Of a DNA stretch of 64,000 nt, positions 26,036 to 36,238 are shown in pieces. This DNA comes from a virus (taxonomy: Duplodnaviria > Caudoviricetes). The stretch lies in the IMG/VR virus record IMGVR_UViG_2918843722_000002, positions 4,720 to 68,719 of that record; one strand, given 5' to 3'. The notes beneath the pieces are model-generated. The model ran no database searches. It saw only the letters and a program-made list of their open reading frames with translations, and had not been told where the DNA came from. How positions within the stretch are numbered: position 1 is the stretch's first letter; every line of letters begins with the position of its first letter. The translations under genes were made by a program, and so were the position numbers.

Positions 26036-27220
26036 GTGGCACGACAATACGACCCGCGATTGCGAGAATTTGCCGATGCCCGGGAAATTTCCTTCCTCGA
26101 AGCGATCGAGAAGCACGGCAAGCCCACGCACGCAGCAAAGGCGCTAGGTCTGCATCACAGCGTCGTAATCCGCGCTCTGGACAACCTGGAGCGGCGGGCG
26201 GCGAAGATGGGGTACTCGCCGGCGCACGATATGACGCATACCGTGCCGGATGGGTTTCGGGTCAAGGGTACGTCGACGCTGTATGACGAGGATGGTAAGC
26301 CTCGCATGCAGTGGGTGAAATCCACGGTCGATCACGATCGCATGGAAGTCATCATGCGCGAGGCCGCGGCTGCGATGGCGGAAAGCCTGCCGCGCGTGCG
26401 CCCTGTTGCCGTCCCGGCAAAGACCGACGCTGCCCTGTGCAACGTCTACACGCTGACCGACAGCCACGTCGGAATGCTCGCGTCCGCGAAAGAAACTCTC
26501 GACGCGGATTGGGATCTGAAAATTGCCGAGCGCACGCTGACGGCTGCGTTTTGCCATATGGTGAATGCGGCGCCGAAGGCGTCCGTTGGTATGGTCGCGC
26601 AACTCGGAGACTGGCTGCATTCCGATGGTTCCGGCGGCCTTTTGCCAATTACGCCCCAACATGGTCACGTTTTGGACCAGGATGGGCGGTTCTCGAAGAT
26701 CGTCTCCACGTCGATCCGCATCCTTCGCCGCATCGTGGATTTCGCGCTTGAGCGGCACGACAAGGTTGTAGTCCTGTTGGCGGAAGGCAATCACGATATG
26801 GCGTCGAGCATCTGGCTTCGCGCCATGTTCGCCGCACTGTATGAGAATGAGCCGCGGGTTCAGGTGATCGATTCGGCGCTTCCCTATTACGTCTATCAGC
26901 ACGGCAAGACGATGCTCGCGTTCCATCACGGGCATATGAAGAAGAATTCGGATCTACCGCTTTTGTTCGCCAGCCAGTTTCCGAAGGTCTGGGGCGACAC
27001 GACGAAGCGGTATTGCTCGACGGGACACAGGCATCACGTCGAAGAGAAAGAACACTCCGGAATGACGGTGATCCAGCACCCGACGCTTGCCGCTCGCGAC
27101 GCTTACGCCGCACGCGGAGGGTGGCTCTCCGAGCGGTCGGCTACGGCAATCACATACCACTCGCAATACGGCCAAGTGGCGCGCAATACGGTGGTGCCTG
27201 AGATGTTCGAAGCCGCCTAA
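26036..27220 (+). CDS. HTH plus calcineurin-like metallophosphoesterase
   Basis: TDSHVG, GDWLH, EGNHD, FHHGH, TGHRHH motifs; N-terminal AAKALGLHHSVV HTH. Confidence 0.88.
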   Translation: MARQYDPRLREFADAREISFLEAIEKHGKPTHAAKALGLHHSVVIRALDNLERRAAKMGYSPAHDMTHTVPDGFRVKGTSTLYDEDGKPRMQWVKSTVDHDRMEVIMREAAAAMAESLPRVRPVAVPAKTDAALCNVYTLTDSHVGMLASAKETLDADWDLKIAERTLTAAFCHMVNAAPKASVGMVAQLGDWLHSDGSGGLLPITPQHGHVLDQDGRFSKIVSTSIRILRRIVDFALERHDKVVVLLAEGNHDMASSIWLRAMFAALYENEPRVQVIDSALPYYVYQHGKTMLAFHHGHMKKNSDLPLLFASQFPKVWGDTTKRYCSTGHRHHVEEKEHSGMTVIQHPTLAARDAYAARGGWLSERSATAITYHSQYGQVARNTVVPEMFEAA

Positions 27221-27284
27221 TTTATACCTCACCACGACATCGCGGGGTATAGCCGAGAGATCGGCATCAACTTCTGAGTAGACG

Positions 27285-27638
27285 ATGACCTACCCGAATG
27301 ACCAAGGAAATCCCGCCGGGGCAATTCCCGTCTACATCACTTCTGGCTCTGGAAGTAGTGGCGGCGTAGCAGGCCCATCGAAAGCCGGTGTCAGCGCATC
27401 AAATAGCGTAGGCACGACCTCGGCACCGCTCATTGCGGCCGGCACGTATAAAGGTTGGGTAACGGTGCAAAACACCCACGCAAGCCAGATCCTGTATGTG
27501 TCCTTTGCCGCGACCGCCACGACCTCGGATTTTGCCATCGCTCCAGGTGCTGCTCTGTCGCTGCCGTTCGGGCCAACGAACGCCCTGAATGGAGTCGGAT
27601 CGGGTGCGGGAACGACTTTCGCCGTTGTGGGGTATTGA
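27285..27638 (+). CDS. Small beta-sandwich virion/decoration-like protein
   Basis: G/S/T/A-rich; KGWVTVQNT motif shared with 59766-60083. Confidence 0.65.
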   Translation: MTYPNDQGNPAGAIPVYITSGSGSSGGVAGPSKAGVSASNSVGTTSAPLIAAGTYKGWVTVQNTHASQILYVSFAATATTSDFAIAPGAALSLPFGPTNALNGVGSGAGTTFAVVGY

Positions 27639-28355
27639 ATGCGCAAGTTCGCACTCGTTCTTTTGTTGCTGCCTGCGTTGGCACACGCGCAGTACTTCGG
27701 CGGTTATCTGCCCAAGTCGGGCGGCACAATAGCCGGTACTCTGGGCGTGACAGGCAACGTCAACGTTCAGGGAAGCCTTAACTCCACAAACAACACCCAG
27801 GCTGCGGGCCCGACCAACTCTGGCGTCGCTCTGGGCGGCGGACCTAACTTCGCTAGCGCGACCTTCTTCGACCAGACGCTGACGGCGAACAATCGCACGT
27901 CCGACGCAGTATTTATCACCGGCTGTATGCGGTTCCGGTTCAAGAATGACGCCGGAGATACTGCTCTTCCCTGGCTGTCGGCATGCGGAGGGCAAGCTGG
28001 CGGCATCGCGGCTATCACGTCCAACAGCGGCACGGGAAGCTGGACTCATACCGGCAACATGGCTGTATCGGGCGCGCTGATAGCAGGTAGCGGCACGCTG
28101 AACGTTTATTCAGCCAACGGCACTGCGGTTACAACGCCACACATAGTGACCGGCACCGTGACTCTCGCGTCCGGAACGGGAACAGCGACCTTTACCGGTA
28201 GCGCTGTATTTAGCAACACGACTTCCTACGTGTGCACGGCGACGAATACATCCACGAATAGCGCGGTGCGTGCCACAAATGCTTCGGCATCGTCCGTGAC
28301 GTTCAACTCCGGCGCCACTACTGACGTGATCGCGTATCAGTGTGTAGGAAATTGA
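27639..28355 (+). CDS. Fibre-like protein with an N-terminal signal peptide
   Basis: MRKFALVLLLLPALAHA signal; YLPKSGGTIAGTL fibre motif; beta-rich C-terminal domain. Confidence 0.7.
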   Translation: MRKFALVLLLLPALAHAQYFGGYLPKSGGTIAGTLGVTGNVNVQGSLNSTNNTQAAGPTNSGVALGGGPNFASATFFDQTLTANNRTSDAVFITGCMRFRFKNDAGDTALPWLSACGGQAGGIAAITSNSGTGSWTHTGNMAVSGALIAGSGTLNVYSANGTAVTTPHIVTGTVTLASGTGTATFTGSAVFSNTTSYVCTATNTSTNSAVRATNASASSVTFNSGATTDVIAYQCVGN

Positions 28356-28419
28356 TCCGAACCACGAAGCGCTCTGAACGAGTGGATTCTTCGAGAGCGC
28401 CACGAGCGGATAAAAACGA

Positions 28420-29076
28420 ATGGCACGCAAGAAGGCGGATCCCGAGATAAAAGCTTTCGCTGAGCGCCCTCGGCCTCCCGCATCGCTGTTCGATGCCGGC
28501 AACTGGTTCAGGCGCTTCATGCCCGCCGAGGGTGTGGCCGAATGGGTATCCAGGGCGCTGCACAGCGAGCATTCTCCGCTCTACAACGCCGATCATCAGC
28601 ACCTCAGAGATGCGGACGTCGAGTTTCTTTGGGCGGCGCAAGAGAACACCAGGCAGATGCGCCGGGTAGTTGGCCAGTGCGAGGAAGTGACGTTTCGCTG
28701 TGGCGCCTGGCAGAAGGGCAGGCAAGAGCAACAGATGCATGAGTGGTTCGGGCGAGTCCCGACCTACCTCATTACGCTCGACGCCATGTACGCCAACGAG
28801 TGCTCCGACATCGAGTGGTGCGCGCTGATAGAACACGAGCTCTATCACATAGCGCAGAAATCCGATGAGTTCGGTGCGCCAGCATTCACGAAAGACGGCT
28901 TGCCGAAGCTGGGCATCCGATCGCACGACGTGGAAGAGTTCGTCGGAATTGTCCGGCGCTACGGTATCGGTGCAGGCGAAACGGCGAAGCTGATCGAGGC
29001 TTCCAGGCGGGCTCCCGAAGTCGGCCACATCAACATCGCTCAGGCTTGTGGCACATGCATGCTGCGGGCGGCGTAA
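28420..29076 (+). CDS. Putative phage metallopeptidase
   Basis: LIEHELYH HExxH motif and HDVEEF third-ligand motif. Confidence 0.85.
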   Translation: MARKKADPEIKAFAERPRPPASLFDAGNWFRRFMPAEGVAEWVSRALHSEHSPLYNADHQHLRDADVEFLWAAQENTRQMRRVVGQCEEVTFRCGAWQKGRQEQQMHEWFGRVPTYLITLDAMYANECSDIEWCALIEHELYHIAQKSDEFGAPAFTKDGLPKLGIRSHDVEEFVGIVRRYGIGAGETAKLIEASRRAPEVGHINIAQACGTCMLRAA

Positions 29077-29107
29077 ATATTACCCGCGCATTACAGAGAA
29101 TTGAAAA

Positions 29108-29605
29108 ATGGCAGCGCTCACAGATGACGTGAAAGCGTTCGTCGTGCAAGCGCTGGCGTGCTTTGACACTCCCACGCAGGTAGCGAACGCTGTAAAGGAA
29201 GAGTTCGGGTTAGAAATTACCCGGATGCAGGTGTCGACTTACGACCCGACGAAGTTCATGGGGCGCAACCTCAGCAAGAAGTGGCGCGAGATTTTCGAGG
29301 CGACGCGGAAGGCGTTTCTTGAGGATCAGGCTTCTATCCCGATTGCTAATCAGAACTTCCGGCTGCGTGCGCTCAACAATCTTTACCAGAACGCCGCAAC
29401 TCGCGGCAATGCTGCCCTCGCCGCTCAATTGCTCGAGCAGGCCGCCAAGGAATCTGGAGGCGTCTTCACTAACCGTCGAGAGATGACTGGCAAGGATGGC
29501 GCTCCACTGATCCAAACAAAGAGCGCCCAGGAAATGACGGATGACGAACTCGCCGCCTACATTGGAGCAAGCGGCGCAAGAACTTTGGATACGCCGCAGG
29601 GCTAG
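29108..29605 (+). CDS. terS: Terminase small subunit (DUF2280-like)
   Basis: VKAFVVQALACFDTPTQVA..VKEEFG...IPIAN..FRLRAL; directly upstream of TerL. Confidence 0.8.
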   Translation: MAALTDDVKAFVVQALACFDTPTQVANAVKEEFGLEITRMQVSTYDPTKFMGRNLSKKWREIFEATRKAFLEDQASIPIANQNFRLRALNNLYQNAATRGNAALAAQLLEQAAKESGGVFTNRREMTGKDGAPLIQTKSAQEMTDDELAAYIGASGARTLDTPQG

Positions 29606-31085
29606 AGAGGACGTCCTATCCTACGCCCAAGCTATTGAGATACCGGGCAAACCTGCCGGCGAAGATCCAGACACTGAGTTCTTCGAGCCCATCGAAACGA
29701 CGATGGCGCAGCACCACCGCCTCATTCTCGAGACGATGGAGCGGGTTAGCAAGACGCCGCACGGCCGGGCCATGTTCTTCATGCCGCCGGGTAGTGCGAA
29801 GTCGACCTACGCGTCGGTTGTGTTTCCCTCGCGGTATCTTGGCGCGGAAAAGAATCGCAAGGTCATTCTCGCCAGCTACGGCGACGACCTCGCCCGCAAG
29901 ATGGGACGCCGTACCCGCTCGATCATCAAGCAGAAGCGGTTCAAGGGGATTTACGGCTGCGAACTGACGACTGAATCGTCCGCAGCACAAGAGTTTTCGC
30001 TGACGAACGGCAGCGAATACATCGCGACTGGGATTCTGGGTGGCGTAACGGGTAACCGCGCCAACGGCATCATCATTGATGACCCGGTTAAGGGCCGCGA
30101 GCAGGCTGACTCTCCAACGATCCGTGACAAGACGTGGGATGCCTATAACGACGACCTGAAAACTCGTCTCATCCCTGGCGGCTGGGTTGTAATTATCCAG
30201 ACGCGGTGGCACGAAGACGACCTCGCCGGCCGCATCCTTCCTGAAGACTGGAAGGGCGAAAGCGGCCCGATCATGTGCCGCGACGGCAACGTCTGGGAAG
30301 TCGTCTGTCTGCAGGCGCGCTGCGAAGTCCAGAACGACCCGCTCGGTCGAAAGATCGGCGAGTACCTCTGGCCGCAATGGTTCACCGAAAAGCACTGGGC
30401 GCAGTTTCAGAACAACGTCCGCACGTGGGCGTCGCTTTATCAGCAGTTGCCCCGCCCGCTTGAGGGCACGCTGTTCAAGGTCGAGAACATGTTGGTCGAT
30501 GGCCAGCCGGTCCCGATGCCGAGACAGTGCGATTACGTGTTTGCTGTTCTGGATTCGGCACTCAAAGCTGGCGACAAGAACGACGGGACGGCGGTCACCT
30601 ACTTCGCCCGCAACAAGTACCACGGCCATCCGCTGATTATTCTCGACTGGGATATCACGCAGATCGAATCTGACCTGATAGCTGAGTGGTTTCCGTCCGT
30701 CATGTCGAGGATTGGCGAACTGGCGAGTATGACCGGCGCGAGGTTCGGTGGTATCGGCAGCTTTGTTGAAGATAAGGGGAGCGGCATCACTCTTCTGCAA
30801 CGAGCCGCGCGCAATGGCTGGCCAGCGCATGCGATTGATTCAAAGTTGACGTCTATGAGCAAGGACGCCCGAGGGACCGGCGTGTCCGACTTTGTGCATC
30901 ACGGACAGGTCAAGATCAGCGAGCACGCCTACAACAAGATCGTTGAATACAAGGGCCGTTCGCAAAACCACTTCCTCAGCCAGTTCTTCGGTTACCGGCT
31001 GGGCGTTCCTAATCAGGCAGATGACCTCTACGACACGGGGGTCTATGGCATTGCAATTGGCCTTGGAGATTCCAAGGGCATTTAA
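29541..31085 (+). CDS. terL: Terminase large subunit
   Basis: MPPGSAKS Walker A, IIIDDPVK Walker B, IQTRWHEDDL.G, LYQQ.P, DSA.K...D nuclease motifs. Confidence 0.95.
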   Translation: MTNSPPTLEQAAQELWIRRRAREDVLSYAQAIEIPGKPAGEDPDTEFFEPIETTMAQHHRLILETMERVSKTPHGRAMFFMPPGSAKSTYASVVFPSRYLGAEKNRKVILASYGDDLARKMGRRTRSIIKQKRFKGIYGCELTTESSAAQEFSLTNGSEYIATGILGGVTGNRANGIIIDDPVKGREQADSPTIRDKTWDAYNDDLKTRLIPGGWVVIIQTRWHEDDLAGRILPEDWKGESGPIMCRDGNVWEVVCLQARCEVQNDPLGRKIGEYLWPQWFTEKHWAQFQNNVRTWASLYQQLPRPLEGTLFKVENMLVDGQPVPMPRQCDYVFAVLDSALKAGDKNDGTAVTYFARNKYHGHPLIILDWDITQIESDLIAEWFPSVMSRIGELASMTGARFGGIGSFVEDKGSGITLLQRAARNGWPAHAIDSKLTSMSKDARGTGVSDFVHHGQVKISEHAYNKIVEYKGRSQNHFLSQFFGYRLGVPNQADDLYDTGVYGIAIGLGDSKGI

Positions 31086-31099
31086 CTCCGAGCATCTAA

Positions 31100-32515
31100 A
31101 TGGCCGAAATCACAATCCAGGGCTCCAAGCTGTCCTCGAGCCTGAAAGATCTGTTGATGGCTGACGATATCGTGCCCGGCGCCGCGCCATCGTATCAATT
31201 GTGCAAGACCATCTACAGTTTTCACCCGCTCGGGTCGAAGATTGTCGACCAGCCTATCAAGCTGGCGATGAGCCAGAAGCGCAAGATTTCGATTCCTGAT
31301 AGCCCCGAAGAAAGGGTGCGCGAGGCTTTTGAGCGCAAGTGGGAAGAAATCGGCGCAGACAAGTACATCGCCAACACGTGGCGGCTTGCCAAAATCTATG
31401 GTGCCGCGGCGTTGGTCTACGGCGCGAGAGGCGAAGATACCAAGCAACCCATAGCGCCAGAAGAACTGGCGAAGAAGGACCTATACTTCAATGCTCTGGA
31501 CCCGCTGAACACCGCGGGCTCGCTGGTACTTAATCAGGACCCCAACGCGCCGGACTTTCAAAAGCCGACGATCGTCACCGCAGCCGGCCAGACTTACCAT
31601 CCCTCGCGGGCGCTGGTCTTTTTCAACGAAGATCCACTGTACATCGAGTACACCAACTCGTCGTTCGGCTATACGGGCCGTTCGGTATATCAGCGTGCGT
31701 TGTATCCGCTCAAATCCTTCGTGCAGACGATGGTGGCGGACGACATGGTCAGCCGCAAGGTTGGCGTCATCGTGGCCAAGATGACGCAGGCGGGGTCAAT
31801 CGCCGACAAGGCGATGGCTGTGTTTCAGGGCCTGAAGCGGAGCGTCGTAAAGGAAGCAGAGAACGACAACGTCATCAACATCACGCCTGAAGAGTCGATA
31901 GAAACACTCAATCTTCTCAATGCTGACGGCGCGCTGACGACGGCTCGAAAGAACATTCTCGAAAATATTGCTGCCGCGGTCCCGCAGCCGGCCAAGTTGC
32001 TCAACTCCGAGTCGTACGCAGAAGGTTTCGGCGAAGGCACCGAAGACGCCAAGGACATCGTGCGTTATGTCGAGCACGAGCAGCAGATGTCGAAGCCGCT
32101 GTTTACATTCTTCGACCGGATCGTGATGCGACTGGCTTGGACGGAAGAGTTTTACGCGACTATTCAGGCAGAGGTGCCCGAATACAAGAAAGTGCCTTAC
32201 GTCAAGGCGTTCTACGACTGGGCGAATGCGTTCGAGGCTGAGTGGCCGTCATTGCTGGTCGAGCCGGAATCGAAACTCGTCGAAGTCGAGGACGTCAAGC
32301 TAAAAAGCATCATTGCGGCGCTTGAGGAACTGTTGCCAAACCTTGATCCGGATAACAAGACACTCTTGATCCGGTGGGCGGCCAGCAACATCAACGAGTC
32401 GAAGCATCTGTTTTCCAATCCTCTGGTTCTCGACTACGAGGCGCTGAAGAATTACGAGCCGCCGGCACCTCCTGAGTCTCCCGAAGCTCCGCCGCCCTTC
32501 TCCGGTCGCTCCTGA
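31100..32515 (+). CDS. Portal protein (DUF1073/anti-CBASS Acb1-annotated portal family)
   Basis: 471 aa after TerL; R.A.IYG.A, GRSV.Q, P...L motifs. Confidence 0.8.
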   Translation: MAEITIQGSKLSSSLKDLLMADDIVPGAAPSYQLCKTIYSFHPLGSKIVDQPIKLAMSQKRKISIPDSPEERVREAFERKWEEIGADKYIANTWRLAKIYGAAALVYGARGEDTKQPIAPEELAKKDLYFNALDPLNTAGSLVLNQDPNAPDFQKPTIVTAAGQTYHPSRALVFFNEDPLYIEYTNSSFGYTGRSVYQRALYPLKSFVQTMVADDMVSRKVGVIVAKMTQAGSIADKAMAVFQGLKRSVVKEAENDNVINITPEESIETLNLLNADGALTTARKNILENIAAAVPQPAKLLNSESYAEGFGEGTEDAKDIVRYVEHEQQMSKPLFTFFDRIVMRLAWTEEFYATIQAEVPEYKKVPYVKAFYDWANAFEAEWPSLLVEPESKLVEVEDVKLKSIIAALEELLPNLDPDNKTLLIRWAASNINESKHLFSNPLVLDYEALKNYEPPAPPESPEAPPPFSGRS

Positions 32516-33345
32516 TGGCAACATTTTTCGAAACCGTCACTGCTGCGATCCGGGATTTTGAGGAAAACGGTTTCGATAGCGTCGAGAGGTTGCAGTACTG
32601 GACTGACCGGATACGGCGTGCAGCCATTGAGAGCCTAACGCCGGAGCGCGTGCTGAACGAAGAGTTGACGCGCGCTCTCGGCGGCATCTACAAGCAGATG
32701 ATCGAGGATGGTCAGATCATCAAGAAACATCCGGGCGTGCCGCGCTTCACGATCGATCGTCTGAAGCCGAAGCTTCGTGGCGAACTGGATCGCCGATTGA
32801 TGGTATCGCGCAGCCTCATCAAGTTGAATCGCGAGGCGATGGTCGAAAAGACGACTCAACGGTTCGCGGGCTGGGCGTCTTCCATCCCTGCCGGCGGGAG
32901 CCGCGCGGTCGAGAAGAAGGAGGTCAAGGAAAACATCCGCAAGGCGCTCACGTCCCTGCCATTCGAGGAGCGACGGTGCGTTATCGACCAGTCCCACAAG
33001 TTCACCGCAGCGCTGAACGAAATCGTCGCGGTGGATGGCGGTGCGATCGCGGTGCGATGGAATTCTCAATGGCGACGCCCAGGCTATCAATACCGCAAGG
33101 ACCACAAGGAGCGCGACCAGAAGGTCTATCTGCTGCGCGCGAGTTGGGCCAAAGACAAAGGTCTCGTTAAGCCCGGTCCTGACGGGTATTACGACGACAT
33201 CACCAAGGTCGGCGAAGAAGTGTCCTGCTCGTGTTTTGCTACATGGCTGTACAACCTTCGAGACTTGGATGATTCGATGTTGACCCAGAAAGGCAAAGAC
33301 GAACTGGCAGCGGTCCGCGCAAAAATCGCCGCAATGAGAGCATGA
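32515..33345 (+). CDS. Head morphogenesis protein (MuF/SPP1 gp7-like)
   Basis: DQSHK...W.S......R.DH..RD.K.Y...GEE.SC.C. Confidence 0.8.
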   Translation: MATFFETVTAAIRDFEENGFDSVERLQYWTDRIRRAAIESLTPERVLNEELTRALGGIYKQMIEDGQIIKKHPGVPRFTIDRLKPKLRGELDRRLMVSRSLIKLNREAMVEKTTQRFAGWASSIPAGGSRAVEKKEVKENIRKALTSLPFEERRCVIDQSHKFTAALNEIVAVDGGAIAVRWNSQWRRPGYQYRKDHKERDQKVYLLRASWAKDKGLVKPGPDGYYDDITKVGEEVSCSCFATWLYNLRDLDDSMLTQKGKDELAAVRAKIAAMRA

Positions 33346-33346
33346 G

Positions 33347-35254
33347 ATGCCATTAGAAAAAGGATCGAGCAACAAGGTCGTCGGGCAAAACATAGCCGAA
33401 TTGCGCGCGGCCGGTCACCCGGAGGGCCAGTCGATCGCTATAGCCATGAAAGAGGCCGGTCGAAGCAAGGCCGACTCAGAGACTGTCCGCGCTGCTGGCA
33501 CGCTGATCATTGCGGACGGCATGGTGCTGTTCCAGCGCCGCGGGCCTGACGCAGATCATCCGGGCGAATGGTGCATTGCTGGCGGCAAGATCGAAGACGG
33601 CGAAACTCCCGAGGAAGCCGCCCGGCGCGAAACGCTTGAGGAAGTCGGCTATGAACCCGATAAGCTGATCAAGCTCGGCACCACGAGCGATGGCGATGTC
33701 GAATTCACGACGTTCTATCACGAGTGCAAGCCATTCGATGTCGTACTGAGCGACGAGAGCACCGACTATACGTGGACTCCCTTGGGAACATGGCCAGAGC
33801 CTTTGCATCCGGGTTGCCGGTTCGTGCTTGAGTCGGACGCTTTCAAGGCAGTCCGCAAGGCGCACATGACGGAGACCGAGGTCGCCCAAGCCATGATGCT
33901 GGGCGAAATGACCTCGCCGCAGTACTGTCGCAACATGTGGCTGTTTGATATCCGCATCACTGGAACCGGCACATCGTACCGCTCCAAGGACGACGAGTAT
34001 GTCTACCGGCCGCCCGAGCATTATCTCAACGATGAATTTCTGGCGCGCTGCAATGGTCTGCCGGTCATCGTCGACCATCCCGAGAAAGCCACTCTCGACT
34101 CGAAAGAGTTCAATGATCGTATCGTGGGATCTGTCCTGCTTCCCTACATCAAGGGAGACGAGGTATGGGCGATCGCGCGGATCTATGACGAAGCGACGGC
34201 AACACTGATGTCGAAGGAACAGTTGTCGACATCTCCGTCTGTCGTATTTCGCAACCCTGCAGTAGAGAATTCCACCGCCACTCTTGACGGTGGGCAGACC
34301 CTCTTGATTGAGGGAAAACCGATCCTGCTCGATCACATCGCTATTTGCGAGGTGGGCGTGTGGGACAAAGGCGGCCCGCCAACCGGCGTATCCACCAACC
34401 ACGTTCAGGAACCTGAGATGACTGAAGAAGAGCGTAAGGCCAAGGCGGACGCCGAGGCGAAAGAAGAACTCGAAGCGCGTGCCAAGGCCGACGCTGAGGC
34501 AAAGGCAAAAGCCGATGCCGAAGAAGAGAAAGCCAAGGTGGATGCCGAGAAGTACGACAAGCTGATCAGCATGTGTGACTCGCTGATGAAGCGCATGGAC
34601 TCGTACGAAGGCAAGAAGGCCGACGCCATGCCGGCGGGAGAACTGCCGGTCGGCGACAAGAAGGCTGACTCCGAGAAGGAAGAAAAGGACGCCAAGGAGA
34701 AGGAAGCTGAGGCGGCCAAGCTCAAGGCAGAGGCCAAGGAAGAAGAAGCCAAGGCTGATGCGGCCAAGCGTGAAAACGCTCTGCTCGCTCGCGTTGGCGA
34801 ACTAGAAAAGATGCTGGCAATGACGGCATCGCTCACGCCGAAGCCCCTTACGGATGCTGATCACGCAGCGATGGCCGACGCGCAGGCGAAAGCCGACAGC
34901 GTCTATTCGGCTCACGGCAAGTCCGCCCCCCGCGCTCTGAATGGCGAAGATTTGCTTGCATACCGCAAGCGTCTTGCCGCACCGATGAAGACCCACAGCA
35001 AGGAATGGCAAAGCATCGACCTCGCCAAGCTTGATGCGGCGACGTTCAGCGTGATCGAGCCCAAGATCTACGCTGACGCGATGGAAGCAGCATTGCACCC
35101 GACTGATCTGGAAGACGGCAGCCTGCGCGCTGTGCCGAAGAACACCGGCACGGGCCACGTGATCACCAACTTCTATGGCAGCTCGCCGCGTGCATGGATG
35201 GGAGACTTCCGCATCCCCAGCAAGAAGAGCCGCATCCATCAACCCAAGCATTAA
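33347..35254 (+). CDS. Nudix hydrolase fused to DUF2213 head maturation protease and scaffold
   Basis: Nudix box [23 protein letters not shown]; [18 protein letters not shown] protease motifs; charged C-terminal coiled coil. Confidence 0.88.
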   Translation: MPLEKGSSNKVVGQNIAELRAAGHPEGQSIAIAMKEAGRSKADSETVRAAGTLIIADGMVLFQRRGPDADHPGEWCIAGGKIEDGETPEEAARRETLEEVGYEPDKLIKLGTTSDGDVEFTTFYHECKPFDVVLSDESTDYTWTPLGTWPEPLHPGCRFVLESDAFKAVRKAHMTETEVAQAMMLGEMTSPQYCRNMWLFDIRITGTGTSYRSKDDEYVYRPPEHYLNDEFLARCNGLPVIVDHPEKATLDSKEFNDRIVGSVLLPYIKGDEVWAIARIYDEATATLMSKEQLSTSPSVVFRNPAVENSTATLDGGQTLLIEGKPILLDHIAICEVGVWDKGGPPTGVSTNHVQEPEMTEEERKAKADAEAKEELEARAKADAEAKAKADAEEEKAKVDAEKYDKLISMCDSLMKRMDSYEGKKADAMPAGELPVGDKKADSEKEEKDAKEKEAEAAKLKAEAKEEEAKADAAKRENALLARVGELEKMLAMTASLTPKPLTDADHAAMADAQAKADSVYSAHGKSAPRALNGEDLLAYRKRLAAPMKTHSKEWQSIDLAKLDAATFSVIEPKIYADAMEAALHPTDLEDGSLRAVPKNTGTGHVITNFYGSSPRAWMGDFRIPSKKSRIHQPKH

Positions 35255-35304
35255 GCATCGAGGTCGACTCCGACACTGTTCGTAGTCGCTCACCACCTTT
35301 GAAG

Positions 35305-35328
35305 AACCCCGCTCCGGCGGGGTTTTTT
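35305..35328 (+). terminator. Rho-independent terminator
   Basis: AACCCCGC-TCCG-GCGGGGTT plus T-run. Confidence 0.8.
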
Positions 35329-35347
35329 ATTTTCTGGATAGGAAATC

Positions 35348-36229
35348 ATGGCATTGAATACGCCTTTCTACCCGTACGCGACTACGAATGCGGCGGGTTC
35401 GTTCTCGGCTCAGTCTGCTGGACTGATCCAGGGTACGGCTTACAACGATCCTGCAGCCCGCTTCGCACTGTCGATCGGCACGCTTTCGGCATCGGCCACT
35501 GGCCCGATCTGGGGCGGCGTCGCAATCTCGGAAAGCATTGCGGCAGCCACTTCGGACAGCTCCGAAGGTGGTTCGATCGTCCAGGCCACGTCGGTCTCCA
35601 ACATCACCGGTTTCTCGGTGTTCGATCAGGCATATAGTTGGGTGTCGTCCCCGCAAAGCCGCGCTCCGAGCGCAGGCTCGGCTGGCGCAACGGTTCCGTT
35701 CTACCGCCTCGGCTCGGGTGCTCGCATCGCTGTGGCAATGGACCCGTCGCTTGCCTCGCTCGACGGCGGCCTGATCACGCAGCAAGTCTCATACGACTTC
35801 AACAACAACATCCTCGTTCCATACAACGCGTCGACTGGCTCGATCAGCGTGACATCGATTACCTCGTCGTTCGCCAACGGCGTCTACACCTTCGCGGTTG
35901 TGACTGCAGCCGCTGCGAACGTTGCAGCGGTGGGTGACGAAATCTTCGTTGCTGGCGTTACCGGCACGGGTGCTTCGCTTGTCAATGGCACGCAGACCAT
36001 CACGTCGTTCACCGACAACCAGCACTTCAGCTTCCAGGTGACGGCGGCTTCGGGCGCCATTGCTACGGGTGCGCTGGCCGGCACGATCACGCTCGTTCAG
36101 GGCACTGGCGCATTGCCGGTCAAGGTTCTCCAGACGAACGTCGGTAACTCGATGACCGTTTCCTACAACCCCAACACTGGCGCAGTCAACTGGAATCGTA
36201 ACGGTTCGGCGGCCATCATTCTTCTCTAA
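35348..36229 (+). CDS. Capsid decoration/cement protein
   Basis: Between the protease and the major capsid gene; GF.VF.QA, V.FYR.GSGARI.V; contains a beta-domain insertion. Confidence 0.7.
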   Translation: MALNTPFYPYATTNAAGSFSAQSAGLIQGTAYNDPAARFALSIGTLSASATGPIWGGVAISESIAAATSDSSEGGSIVQATSVSNITGFSVFDQAYSWVSSPQSRAPSAGSAGATVPFYRLGSGARIAVAMDPSLASLDGGLITQQVSYDFNNNILVPYNASTGSISVTSITSSFANGVYTFAVVTAAAANVAAVGDEIFVAGVTGTGASLVNGTQTITSFTDNQHFSFQVTAASGAIATGALAGTITLVQGTGALPVKVLQTNVGNSMTVSYNPNTGAVNWNRNGSAAIILL

Positions 36230-36238
36230 GGATAAAAC

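Noticed and set aside
31100-32515. Anti-CBASS Acb1 function for the DUF1073 protein
   Set aside because: Size and position after TerL indicate a portal; no 2H-phosphoesterase HxT motif pair was recognised
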